Below, piece after piece: positions 43,665 to 52,209 of a stretch of DNA of 64,000 nucleotides. The position numbers and the translations under genes are program-made. Under the pieces are notes generated by a model that was given only the letters and a program-made list of their open reading frames with translations, was not told the origin of the DNA and did no database searches. The first letter of the stretch is position 1. Each line of letters opens with the position of its first letter. Where the stretch lies: positions 32,001 through 96,000 of the IMG/VR virus record IMGVR_UViG_3300034782_000062; one strand, 5' to 3'. This DNA is from a virus.

Positions 43665-43958
43665 ATGAAAGAACGTTTTTTAATCGTGACGGACGGTGGC
43701 GGCGAGGACTTTTACTATCACCTCGTCAAGCCGAGCATCTGGGAAGAGTACGGACGGGAGTGCAAAAGGACGAAGCACTACTCTCGTGGCTCGGTCATGT
43801 CTGCGGTTAATGACCGGCTCTTTCCTAACGGTGATGTCTACGAGGCGATCATAGAGAATGAAAGCCCCGACGAAGACTTCGCCTTTTTCACAAACGCCTT
43901 CGAGGTTTTTCGGTTCTGCGAGGAGCATGGGCTGAAGATTGTCGGTGGCATCGGATAA
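43665..43958 (+). CDS. Hypothetical protein
   Basis: GAGG RBS and ATG. Confidence 0.6.
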   Translation: MKERFLIVTDGGGEDFYYHLVKPSIWEEYGRECKRTKHYSRGSVMSAVNDRLFPNGDVYEAIIENESPDEDFAFFTNAFEVFRFCEEHGLKIVGGIG

Positions 43959-43990
43959 AATCCGTCCCAAGGACGGGGAAAGGAGCAGCC

Positions 43991-44803
43991 ATGACTGTTT
44001 TTTACTGGACCGTCATCTACTCGCACCGGCACGGGACCGACGCCTGGCCGGTGTTCGCTCATCAGTGCAAAGACCCTGAACGCGGCCCGACCGAGGAAGA
44101 GGTCATCGCCATCATTGGCGAGGATCTTTACGAGCCAGACAGCGAGGACGAATGGATCGAAATCGGCGGTCGCCAGACGATCGAGCTTCCCGATCACAAC
44201 GAGCTTCACTTCTGGCGCAAGACAGCCGCCGAGCTTTACGGGCTCGCCAGCGAGAGCACCATCGAGGAGCACCTGAGCGAGTTGCAGCAGCGACGATGCA
44301 CTGCAGCCCTCAACGATGAAGTCGCCGAGGGTATTGAGGACGAACCGACACCCGTGCCGACTCACTCCTTGCCACCCACCGAGACTTGGTACACCTGGCG
44401 CATCCTGGCGACGGTTGAGGGAGAAACAACCCGAAGACTCCTTGTTCCATGGTCTGACCCTCACAAGCACGAGTTCGCCTTCGATTTTATCTACAAGACG
44501 CCCGAAGAAGCCCGCGAGGGCCTGAAGACAATGGGCGCAGAAGACGACGCCGAAGAAGAGGGCTGGATTCTCTGCAAGAAGACCCTGATCCCCATCGAGC
44601 GCCTTCAGGGTGAGCCAACCCCTCGACCTCTCCCACAGACGATGCCTTCGTCCGAAGACATTTACCGAGAGCGAGCCCGAGAGTTTTTCCGACACGAGCT
44701 GGATGAGAACGACTGGGACATCGACGACGAACCCCAGGTCTCAGAGAGCAACGACGGAGCTTACGTCTCCATCTGGCGTTGGTTCCCAGCCGAAGACGAG
44801 TAA
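43991..44803 (+). CDS. Hypothetical multi-domain acidic protein
   Basis: GAAAGGAGCAGCC-ATG; 270 aa. Confidence 0.75.
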   Translation: MTVFYWTVIYSHRHGTDAWPVFAHQCKDPERGPTEEEVIAIIGEDLYEPDSEDEWIEIGGRQTIELPDHNELHFWRKTAAELYGLASESTIEEHLSELQQRRCTAALNDEVAEGIEDEPTPVPTHSLPPTETWYTWRILATVEGETTRRLLVPWSDPHKHEFAFDFIYKTPEEAREGLKTMGAEDDAEEEGWILCKKTLIPIERLQGEPTPRPLPQTMPSSEDIYRERAREFFRHELDENDWDIDDEPQVSESNDGAYVSIWRWFPAEDE

Positions 44804-44890
44804 CCTGTCATCCCACCATCATCTCTGTCCCCGGCTGATACCCGAGGACAGGGACCAAAATTTCGTCCCCAGGACGAGTAAGGAGGGACC

Positions 44891-45091
44891 ATGAAAGCGC
44901 GTTGCCCGAACGACACGAACCACAGAAGGTTCATCACCGTGACGCATGTCACCGAGGACTGGGTTGTCGATGAGAACGGCGAGTACGTGGAATCTGCCGA
45001 CTCTGGTGTCGGCGAAGTTGTCCACGGCCCCGACCCCGACAACACCTGGACCTGTAACGAGTGCGGTGCCGAGGCAGTCGTCACTGACTAG
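44891..45091 (+). CDS. Small zinc-ribbon protein
   Basis: CPND...WTCNECG. Confidence 0.7.
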   Translation: MKARCPNDTNHRRFITVTHVTEDWVVDENGEYVESADSGVGEVVHGPDPDNTWTCNECGAEAVVTD

Positions 45092-45103
45092 AAAGGAGCA
45101 GCT

Positions 45104-45580
45104 ATGCCCAAGTTCACTGTACGAGTCCATGAGACACACCTGGCCGACTACGTGGTCGAGGCCGAAAATCCACAGGACGCCATCGAATCCGTCAGGAACG
45201 GTAACGGCGAGCTTGCCGACGACTCGGTGGAGTTTCTGCATCTTGCTGACGAGGCGAACTGGGCAGTTTTCGAGGGAGACCAGTACGACCTCGAAGGCCC
45301 GGAACTATCGAACGATGCTGTCTGGTCAGCAGCGCACGCTTGCGAACAGCTTGAGGAAGAAATCCTGAAGATGCTCGGTGCAAAGCGCGGAACTTCCGAG
45401 GTGGAGCAAGAGCTGGTCGAGCACATGGACGAGCTTGTTCACGACGTCGCCTCCAAGGAGGGAAGCGACGTCAACAACGGTGGCCTCTCCGAGCAGCTCG
45501 AATGGCTCTGGAACGAGCTTGGTGCCGAGCACGCTCGAACGACCATCATTGAGCACGTCAAGCAGTTGAGGGCGCCATGA
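45104..45580 (+). CDS. Hypothetical acidic protein
   Basis: GAAAGGAGCAGCT-ATG. Confidence 0.75.
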   Translation: MPKFTVRVHETHLADYVVEAENPQDAIESVRNGNGELADDSVEFLHLADEANWAVFEGDQYDLEGPELSNDAVWSAAHACEQLEEEILKMLGAKRGTSEVEQELVEHMDELVHDVASKEGSDVNNGGLSEQLEWLWNELGAEHARTTIIEHVKQLRAP

Positions 45581-46164
45581 GCTACTGCGAATGGTGCGGA
45601 AACAAACCCACCGCCGAGAAGGGCTCGTGCCCCGACTGCTTCCATCTACTCGATGGACCACTCCTCCCGGCCAAGGATGCCTTTGATCTCATCAACGACC
45701 GATGGGGAACCTGCTGCAAGGGAATCATCCTGACGATGATAACTCACATCCGGTCCCCGAACACGGCTGGCATCCCCGAGGGCGCGGACATCGACCTTTC
45801 CGACGCCGAGGTCGAAGAGCGAATCGACCGATCGCATCTGTTCATCCATCCCAAGCATGACGCTGGTGTTTCCAACAATGGCACCATGGGAGTCGAGTGC
45901 GGCATCAACCTCTACTGCGGCTTCGCTCGCTGCTACTGGATATTCGACGGCGGCGACAACACCGAGTCATTCGAGTACGGACCCGAAATCCCCTACTCGA
46001 TCGGCGAGAAACGTTTTTTCGAGGCCGTGGAAACCATCCTCGATGCAGCAGCGGACGAAGCCGAGGGCCTCGGCTACGCGCAGTGCTCCATGTGCGGCGA
46101 TCACTACCTCGCCGATGCTGGTCTCTACTGCGAGTGCCAGGTCCAACGCTCGATCGAGCCGTAA
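45577..46164 (+). CDS. Hypothetical protein with terminal Cys clusters
   Basis: CEWC..CPDC; CSMC..CEC. Confidence 0.7.
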   Translation: MSYCEWCGNKPTAEKGSCPDCFHLLDGPLLPAKDAFDLINDRWGTCCKGIILTMITHIRSPNTAGIPEGADIDLSDAEVEERIDRSHLFIHPKHDAGVSNNGTMGVECGINLYCGFARCYWIFDGGDNTESFEYGPEIPYSIGEKRFFEAVETILDAAADEAEGLGYAQCSMCGDHYLADAGLYCECQVQRSIEP

Positions 46165-46177
46165 GGAGGAGGGAGCC

Positions 46178-46423
46178 ATGAAACTCAAACACTGCGTCCT
46201 GGCGATGGACACATCTGGCGACGAAATCGGCTGCATCCCGATGCCTCACGACACCGTTTTTCTCGCCGTCACCGCATGGACGACCAAGTACGAGCTGGCG
46301 CTTCTCACCAGCGGCTCTCACACCGCTCTTCTCCAGCGCTACCACGACAGCGGCGAGAAGTTCATCTGGGAGGGCCGCGAAGTCGGCGGCTTCGAGGTCG
46401 TCAGCGAGCCCATCATCGAATGA
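46178..46423 (+). CDS. Small hypothetical protein
   Basis: GGAGGAGGGAGCC-ATG. Confidence 0.6.
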   Translation: MKLKHCVLAMDTSGDEIGCIPMPHDTVFLAVTAWTTKYELALLTSGSHTALLQRYHDSGEKFIWEGREVGGFEVVSEPIIE

Positions 46424-46485
46424 ATAAATCCTGCCCTGCGATGTGTGAAAAGCATCTCAGGGCACCATAAGGGAAAGGAGGTGAG

Positions 46486-46782
46486 ATGGCGGAACGCCGA
46501 TCAAGGCGAAGAAAAAAGAAGACTGCCGCAGACTTAAGAAGGCACGCGATTGTCTCGGCTTCAGTCCGCTACGGCATCGACCTCGACGACGAAGGGAGGG
46601 AAGAAATCCTGGAGATGATCAGGGCAGGAACAAGAAACAAAGACTGCGCCTGCATCGAACGCCAGAGCAGAAAGCGAACCCTCTGGCGTATTCGCTTTCG
46701 CAACCAAGTCTGCGGAGTGGTCTACGACTCGGACTTTCACGAGCTGGTCACGTTCATTCCGAAAGACGACCCACGGCTGTAA
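46486..46782 (+). CDS. Phage-type hypothetical protein (RH...RYG...VVYD...LVTF)
   Basis: AAGGAGGT RBS. Confidence 0.7.
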   Translation: MAERRSRRRKKKTAADLRRHAIVSASVRYGIDLDDEGREEILEMIRAGTRNKDCACIERQSRKRTLWRIRFRNQVCGVVYDSDFHELVTFIPKDDPRL

Positions 46783-46897
46783 CAACAGCCACAACATCAA
46801 CCGACTTCACAGAATCACGAAGTCAAAGTCGACGTTGGTTACACCTAACGTCTACGTGCTGCCGCGAAGCGCGAGCAGTACGAAAGGAGGCAGATCC

Positions 46898-47953
46898 ATG
46901 GGAGGTCAAGCGTTCAAGGGTCCAAGGCTCAACGGCTTCTTCCTCGACCCCGACGAGATCGTTCTGGTCGGAGGCAACGGCCCAAACGACGTCCCCAAGA
47001 CGGCTGAACTTGCACACCTGTACGACAAGCGCGTCCACGACAAGCCTGACGAGGGCATGGTCCGCAACATGATGGTCTACGGCGTCATCGAGGCCGTGAA
47101 GGTCCAGAAGATCGTCAGCGACGACGGAGAGAACCGCGCCTACGTCATCGACGGCCGTGGTCGAGTCATCGCAGCTCGCGAGGCGAACGTGCGTCTCCGC
47201 AGGGAGGGCAAGGAGCCGATCCTGGTTCCGATCGTCCTCAAGACCGGTGACCCGTCCAAGCTCTTCGGCATCCTCATCTCGGCGAACGAGAACCGTCGAG
47301 ACGACACCCCCATCGCCAAGGCTGAGAAGATCGCTCAGTTCATGGATATGGGGCGCGACGAGGAGGCGGCGGCGAACGCCTACGGTATCACCGTCGCCAA
47401 CGTGCGGCAGCTCCTCAAGCTGCTGGACCTCGCCCCGAAGGTGCAGACCATGATCAAGAAGGGCACCCTCTCGGCGTCGGCTGCCACTCAGCTCGTCAAG
47501 CTCCCACATGCGGAGCAGGTCACGAAGGCCGAGGAGGTCATCGCGAGCGGCGTCAAGCCGACGGCTCGGAATATCAGCCGCTCTACCGGAAACCGCCCGG
47601 TCACTCCATCGAAGCGCGTCGTGCAGAAGCTCGTCGCCCTCGACAAGAAGCCCGAAATCGCGGAGAAGTACGACTCCTTCTGGGGCGCCCTCCAGTTCAT
47701 GCTGGGCCAGGTAACCCTGGAGGACGTCGGCCTCGCCGAGGTCGTCGCGGAGCTGAAGGCCAAGAAGAAGAAGGCCAAGAAGGGCAACGCGAAGGGCTCG
47801 AAGAAGGGCAACTCCAAGCAGCAAACGTTGCCGCTCGACGAGAAGGGCAAGAAGTCCCCGGCCAAGACCACCTCCAAGACCAAGACCCCGCCGAAGAAGG
47901 GTCCGACCATCGCGAAGAAGAAGGGATCCGCGAAGAAGGACGCCGCCGCCTAG
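46898..47953 (+). CDS. parB: ParB/Spo0J-family DNA-binding protein with HTH and Lys-rich tail
   Basis: GVIEAVKV...YVIDGRGRVIAA...ENRRDD...HTH AAANAYGITVANVRQLL; AGGAGG RBS. Confidence 0.85.
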   Translation: MGGQAFKGPRLNGFFLDPDEIVLVGGNGPNDVPKTAELAHLYDKRVHDKPDEGMVRNMMVYGVIEAVKVQKIVSDDGENRAYVIDGRGRVIAAREANVRLRREGKEPILVPIVLKTGDPSKLFGILISANENRRDDTPIAKAEKIAQFMDMGRDEEAAANAYGITVANVRQLLKLLDLAPKVQTMIKKGTLSASAATQLVKLPHAEQVTKAEEVIASGVKPTARNISRSTGNRPVTPSKRVVQKLVALDKKPEIAEKYDSFWGALQFMLGQVTLEDVGLAEVVAELKAKKKKAKKGNAKGSKKGNSKQQTLPLDEKGKKSPAKTTSKTKTPPKKGPTIAKKKGSAKKDAAA

Positions 47954-47993
47954 TCCGTTCTGGACGACATCACCATCTTCAAGACGAAAGACA

Positions 47994-48057
47994 GACCAGG
48001 GTTTTCCAGATCATCTGGAGGACGGTGACCGGGGTTCGACTCCCCGGCCTGGTCCCA
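47994..48057 (+). ncRNA. tRNA-like element 3 (variant topology)
   Basis: GACCAGG/CCTGGTC stem, 10-bp hairpin with TCA loop, GGTGA linker, CCGGGG-TTCGACT-CCCCGG arm, 3' CCA. Confidence 0.65.
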
Positions 48058-48068
48058 AGGAGGTCTCA

Positions 48069-48389
48069 ATGTCATCAGATGACAAAGTTCCAATACCGAA
48101 ACTTTCTGTACATCAGTGGGCAGCTCTCCTCCGCATGAAGGACTGGAACTGGGCATTCCCAAAGAATGGACACAGAGCCAACGGCCTACTACGGACGATT
48201 CGGAGTTTGCAACGCCTCGGTCTCGCAGCGTGGCTTGAACCGGGTGATACCAACCACTACGGATCGACGGTAGACGGCTATGGCTGGGACCTGACACCAG
48301 AAGGATACGCTCTTGCTCGTCAAGAGCACAGGCGCGAGCACGAGAACCCCAAGGTGCGCCGGGTGCTCTACCGGCTACGCCTCCCATAG
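48069..48389 (+). CDS. Hypothetical protein, possibly winged-helix
   Basis: TIRSLQRLGLA...WDLTPEG pattern; AAGGAGG RBS. Confidence 0.6.
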   Translation: MSSDDKVPIPKLSVHQWAALLRMKDWNWAFPKNGHRANGLLRTIRSLQRLGLAAWLEPGDTNHYGSTVDGYGWDLTPEGYALARQEHRREHENPKVRRVLYRLRLP

Positions 48390-48427
48390 GCATATAACTT
48401 CGTCCCCAGGACGAGAAAGGAGCAGCC

Positions 48428-48880
48428 ATGTTCGTCATGAAGTGTGACGTCTGCGGCAGAACAATCGAGATCGACCGGGACAACCCCGGCGACTCGATCA
48501 GAGAGCAAGTCAAGGGCGACTGGAGACAAGTCGAAGACTTCGACGGCAACACCTTCGACATCTGCCACGAGTGCAACAAGAAAGGCCACGTTCCCGCAAT
48601 CCTCAAGATGGAGGAGAACGGCTACTGGGAGCGGACCAGCACTCACTCACTCCTTTTCCACAGCCACGACAGTGTTCCCTCTCCCACTCTCTTCGGCGTC
48701 AACGTTCACGTCGTCGCGATCGAGGTGAAAAAGCGCGACCACCGCCGCGCCATAAACCAAGAGTCCCAGGACGAGTTGAACTGTGTCATTAGAGGCACCG
48801 GCTCCGAAGAGAGCGAGCTGCTGACAACAGAAATCGATGGGAAGCCGCACATCGTCTGGGTGGCGCCCCATGAAGTCTAA
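48428..48880 (+). CDS. Hypothetical protein with N-terminal zinc finger
   Basis: KCDVCG...DICHEC; palindrome and GAAAGGAGCAGCC leader. Confidence 0.7.
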   Translation: MFVMKCDVCGRTIEIDRDNPGDSIREQVKGDWRQVEDFDGNTFDICHECNKKGHVPAILKMEENGYWERTSTHSLLFHSHDSVPSPTLFGVNVHVVAIEVKKRDHRRAINQESQDELNCVIRGTGSEESELLTTEIDGKPHIVWVAPHEV

Positions 48881-49484
48881 CATCCCAGCACCGCACGGAT
48901 ACGCCTTCGTGCTCAACAGCAACACCAGAAAGGGATCGCGCTTTCACCTGGCCGACGCGAGCGGTCGTCCCAAGTGCGGAACCAAGGTAGACGTCAGCGC
49001 CTTGGAGCGCGAATGGGAGATACCCGTCAGCTACGACCCCTGCAAAAGGTGTTTCCCGAAAGGAATCAATCCAATGAACGACGCCAATCATATGACTCCA
49101 GAAGAGTTCGACCGGGTCATGCTTCTCTCGTCCAACGGCGAGATTGAGTGTGATGGCATCGTCATCATCCCAACGGACAGGGTCGATCAGTCGGGCTACC
49201 GAATCATGGATTTTGTCGTCACCGTGACGCCGGATCGCAAGCCTGTGGGCCGCATCAGCGAACTCGGCATGAACGCGCACGACGTCTTCGAGCTGACCGA
49301 CATGCGCGGCACTCGGACTCGGTCCATCGGCGACGAGCCGGTACGGCTCCCCGAGTGGAAGTGCGACTGCCTTCAGCGCAGCGGCTTCCTCTATATCACT
49401 CCATCCTGGGGACGGATCAGGGTCAGCCACGACACGGCGACGGTCCACATCCGTCTCATCAGCAACGACGAGGCCCAGAAATGA
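48870..49484 (+). CDS. Hypothetical protein
   Basis: H...CG...C..C in the N-terminal part; coupled to neighbours. Confidence 0.6.
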   Translation: MKSNIPAPHGYAFVLNSNTRKGSRFHLADASGRPKCGTKVDVSALEREWEIPVSYDPCKRCFPKGINPMNDANHMTPEEFDRVMLLSSNGEIECDGIVIIPTDRVDQSGYRIMDFVVTVTPDRKPVGRISELGMNAHDVFELTDMRGTRTRSIGDEPVRLPEWKCDCLQRSGFLYITPSWGRIRVSHDTATVHIRLISNDEAQK

Positions 49485-50311
49485 ACGAGCGCTGCCAGTT
49501 CTGCATCGACCCGAAGTGCGAGGGGCGAAGAGATTGCGATTGCGAGAGCTGCGACAAGCGCGACTGCTGCTACCGCACTCTTCGCCCCACCATTCGGTTA
49601 ACTCTCAAATGCACCCAGAAATGTGGCCACTGCTGCTGGTCCTCATCACCCCAGCAGGATAAGCACATGCCCCCAGAGGTCGCAGAGCTGGTTCACCAGT
49701 TCCTCGACGCAAACCCCATCCACTCGGCGAACATCATGGGCGGCGAGTTCTGGCTCAACCCGGACTGGGAAGAAGTCCTGGGGATGATCGTTGAGGGGCT
49801 CGACTACGCTCGCCTAGTCACAAACGGCGACTGGGCCGCGGACGAACAGTCCTCAAGACAAGTCCTCGAATTCATGGAGTCCCACGAGCACTGCTTCCTC
49901 GCCATCACCACCGACAAGTGGCACACAAACAAACATGTGGTCACGGCAGAAGAGTTCTGCAAGGAGCACAACCTGCTTCACAAGGTCGGAGGCGACGAGA
50001 GCGACATGGGGATCGTTCCGGTCGGGCGCTCTGCGTTCGACATGAGCCTCTTCGGGATGATGGCTTGCTACTGCCACAACCCTGTTAACAAGTATACGTT
50101 CTTAATAGACGAGGACGGCGTCATCTATAAGTGCGCCTTCGGCACCTGGGACTACGATCGCGTCCACAACTTTGTCTCAGGTGGCTTCCCCGAGCGCTTC
50201 AAAGAGTTCAACGAAAAGTTCTACGGGATGTTCGTCGGGAGCTGCTCCCAGTGTCGCCGAGCCTACGCCTTCGGCACCAAAAGGAGCCGCGTTCAAGAGA
50301 TGGTCGGGTAG
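49481..50311 (+). CDS. Radical SAM protein with N-terminal Cys cluster and SPASM/Twitch-like C-terminus
   Basis: CTQKCGHC (CxxxCxxC), MGGE, C-terminal CYC...CAFG...CSQC. Confidence 0.85.
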   Translation: MNERCQFCIDPKCEGRRDCDCESCDKRDCCYRTLRPTIRLTLKCTQKCGHCCWSSSPQQDKHMPPEVAELVHQFLDANPIHSANIMGGEFWLNPDWEEVLGMIVEGLDYARLVTNGDWAADEQSSRQVLEFMESHEHCFLAITTDKWHTNKHVVTAEEFCKEHNLLHKVGGDESDMGIVPVGRSAFDMSLFGMMACYCHNPVNKYTFLIDEDGVIYKCAFGTWDYDRVHNFVSGGFPERFKEFNEKFYGMFVGSCSQCRRAYAFGTKRSRVQEMVG

Positions 50312-50409
50312 CACAGGCGTTCATCCCCAGGACGCCCGTGGGATCGTGACCACCACTAATAAGTCCTGGTCACTCTGAGAAAGTGGCCAGGGCTCCAAGG
50401 AGGCAACAA

Positions 50410-52146
50410 ATGTCCAGAACCATCGTTTTCAATTTTGGAGGCCGTGCACCAACAAAAAACGCACAGCTCGTTCATGACAACATCTACCACGGGCACAACT
50501 ACTACAATAAGCTCATCGAGCTAGAACGTTGTTACCGCAAGGCAATTCGCGCAGCCCAAGCCGAGTTCCCGGAGATCGCAAAAGCTCAGGCACTCTTCGA
50601 TAACGCTGAAGAGGCTGTTGACGGATTGATCGCGCTAAAAAAACTAGCCAAGTCAAGCGACTCAAGTATTACTCCACCAACGCCCGATGAAATGAAAAAG
50701 GCTGTTGCCGAAAAGAAGGCGGCGGCTGCAGCTCTCAAAGACGCCAAGGCCCCTCATGCTGATTCATTGCAAACCAAATACAAGGCAGCCAAGGATGAGC
50801 TAACGGCATCTATAAAAAAGGCTCGATCCGAGACCGAAACTTTCTGGGGAACCTATCTGTGCATCGAGCGAGCGTTTCAGCAAGCCAAGAAAGCAAAGCC
50901 TATTTTTAAGCCTGGCAAAAAGCGCCCCCCATGGACCGAACGGCCAGCGTGGCGAAAATGGACAGGCCATGGTGTTGTTGGCATGCAAATTCAGAATGGG
51001 ATGCCAGCAGAGAACCTGTTCAAACCTAACACGAGATGTTACATAGATCCCCTTCCAGCCAATGCGTACAACACGAACATTCCCCGTGGCCAACGCCGCA
51101 AGATGCAATACACAACCATCCATTTGCGCGTAGGATCTGAAAACAGAAAACCCATATGGGCTGACATCCCCGTTTACCTGCACCGGGGCTTTCCTGCTGG
51201 CGCGATTGTCAAATGGGTATGTGTTATCCGAACCCCATGGCATCAACATCAAGCCTACAAATGGCAGGTACAAATCACTCTTGAGGTCCCCGACGCTTTT
51301 CCAAAAACCAACAAAAAAGCCGTTGCCATTAATTTAGGTTGGCGCAAACTAGCCGATGGATCCCTTCGAGCAGCCACCTGGGTGGATACTGACGGTCAAT
51401 CGGGCGAGATTATTCTAAGCGACAAGGAATTCAGAGATCGTATTGAAAAATACAACAACCTACGATCGATTCGAGACAAACTGATCGATGAAATCCGGCC
51501 TAAGCTCATCATGTCCGGCATCAACTGCGCCAAATGGAAAAGCCCCGACTCTTTTCAAAAACTTTCTCGTCGCGAAGACTTAACCGACGAACAGAGCGCA
51601 ATTTTGAAACCCTGGGCCTACAAAGATAGGCATCTCAATTGGTATGCCCGTGGTGTAAAAAATGGCGCCCTAAACCACCGGCGCGATGTCTATCGAAAGT
51701 TCGCTCTTTACATAGCGACAAACTACGACATCATCATCGCCGAAAAATACGACATGAAGAACATTGTCGAAGACGAAGATCGGAAAAGAGGTCCAGCGGG
51801 TCAGCGGGTTGAAGCTGCCCCATCCATTGCCAGGCAGATCATCGGCAGCACCGCGACACGGCTCGGGTGTCACATTATCGAGGGCCAAACCACATATGCA
51901 ACCCAAGAGTGCTTTTTTTGCGGTTGCACAGAGCCATGGGATGCCTCTGGTAACATCATGCACACCTGCCAGGAATGTGGTGAACATTGGGACCAGGACA
52001 TCAACAATGCCAAGAACATGCTCGCGAGAGCCGCTGATGCAATCAACTCCCTGGACCCGCTCGCACCTAAAAAGTCAAAGAATTACGGATGGAAATCGGT
52101 ACAAGAAAAGAAAAAACAAGGAGATAACGAAGACCACACTGATTAA
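50410..52146 (+). CDS. cas12m: Type V-M-like CRISPR effector (Cas12m-like, TnpB-derived), RuvC-I Asp replaced by Asn
   Basis: 578 aa; HNYYNKLIEL helical/coiled-coil N-terminus, FWGT, VYLHR, AINLGWR (RuvC-I), IIAEK (II), CFFC/CQEC zinc finger, DQDINNA (III); CRISPR array 63 bp downstream. Confidence 0.8.
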   Translation: MSRTIVFNFGGRAPTKNAQLVHDNIYHGHNYYNKLIELERCYRKAIRAAQAEFPEIAKAQALFDNAEEAVDGLIALKKLAKSSDSSITPPTPDEMKKAVAEKKAAAAALKDAKAPHADSLQTKYKAAKDELTASIKKARSETETFWGTYLCIERAFQQAKKAKPIFKPGKKRPPWTERPAWRKWTGHGVVGMQIQNGMPAENLFKPNTRCYIDPLPANAYNTNIPRGQRRKMQYTTIHLRVGSENRKPIWADIPVYLHRGFPAGAIVKWVCVIRTPWHQHQAYKWQVQITLEVPDAFPKTNKKAVAINLGWRKLADGSLRAATWVDTDGQSGEIILSDKEFRDRIEKYNNLRSIRDKLIDEIRPKLIMSGINCAKWKSPDSFQKLSRREDLTDEQSAILKPWAYKDRHLNWYARGVKNGALNHRRDVYRKFALYIATNYDIIIAEKYDMKNIVEDEDRKRGPAGQRVEAAPSIARQIIGSTATRLGCHIIEGQTTYATQECFFCGCTEPWDASGNIMHTCQECGEHWDQDINNAKNMLARAADAINSLDPLAPKKSKNYGWKSVQEKKKQGDNEDHTD

Positions 52147-52209
52147 TCTCGGACCCGCTCGAAAAACGGCATATACTTCAACGAAAAGACAAGGCATTCT
52201 GACAGTGCC

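Noticed and set aside
36137-48057. Calling the three elements canonical tRNA-Trp or tRNA-Sec/opal suppressor genes, or inferring UGA recoding
   Set aside because: No D-arm, no U33, and the anticodon-like loops are closed to 3 nt; TGA is used as a normal stop throughout, including coupled TGATG junctions.
50410-52146. Interpretation as an IS200/IS605 or IS607 TnpB transposon
   Set aside because: No tnpA or IS ends seen, RuvC-I is substituted, the protein is longer than typical TnpB, and a true spacer array is adjacent.
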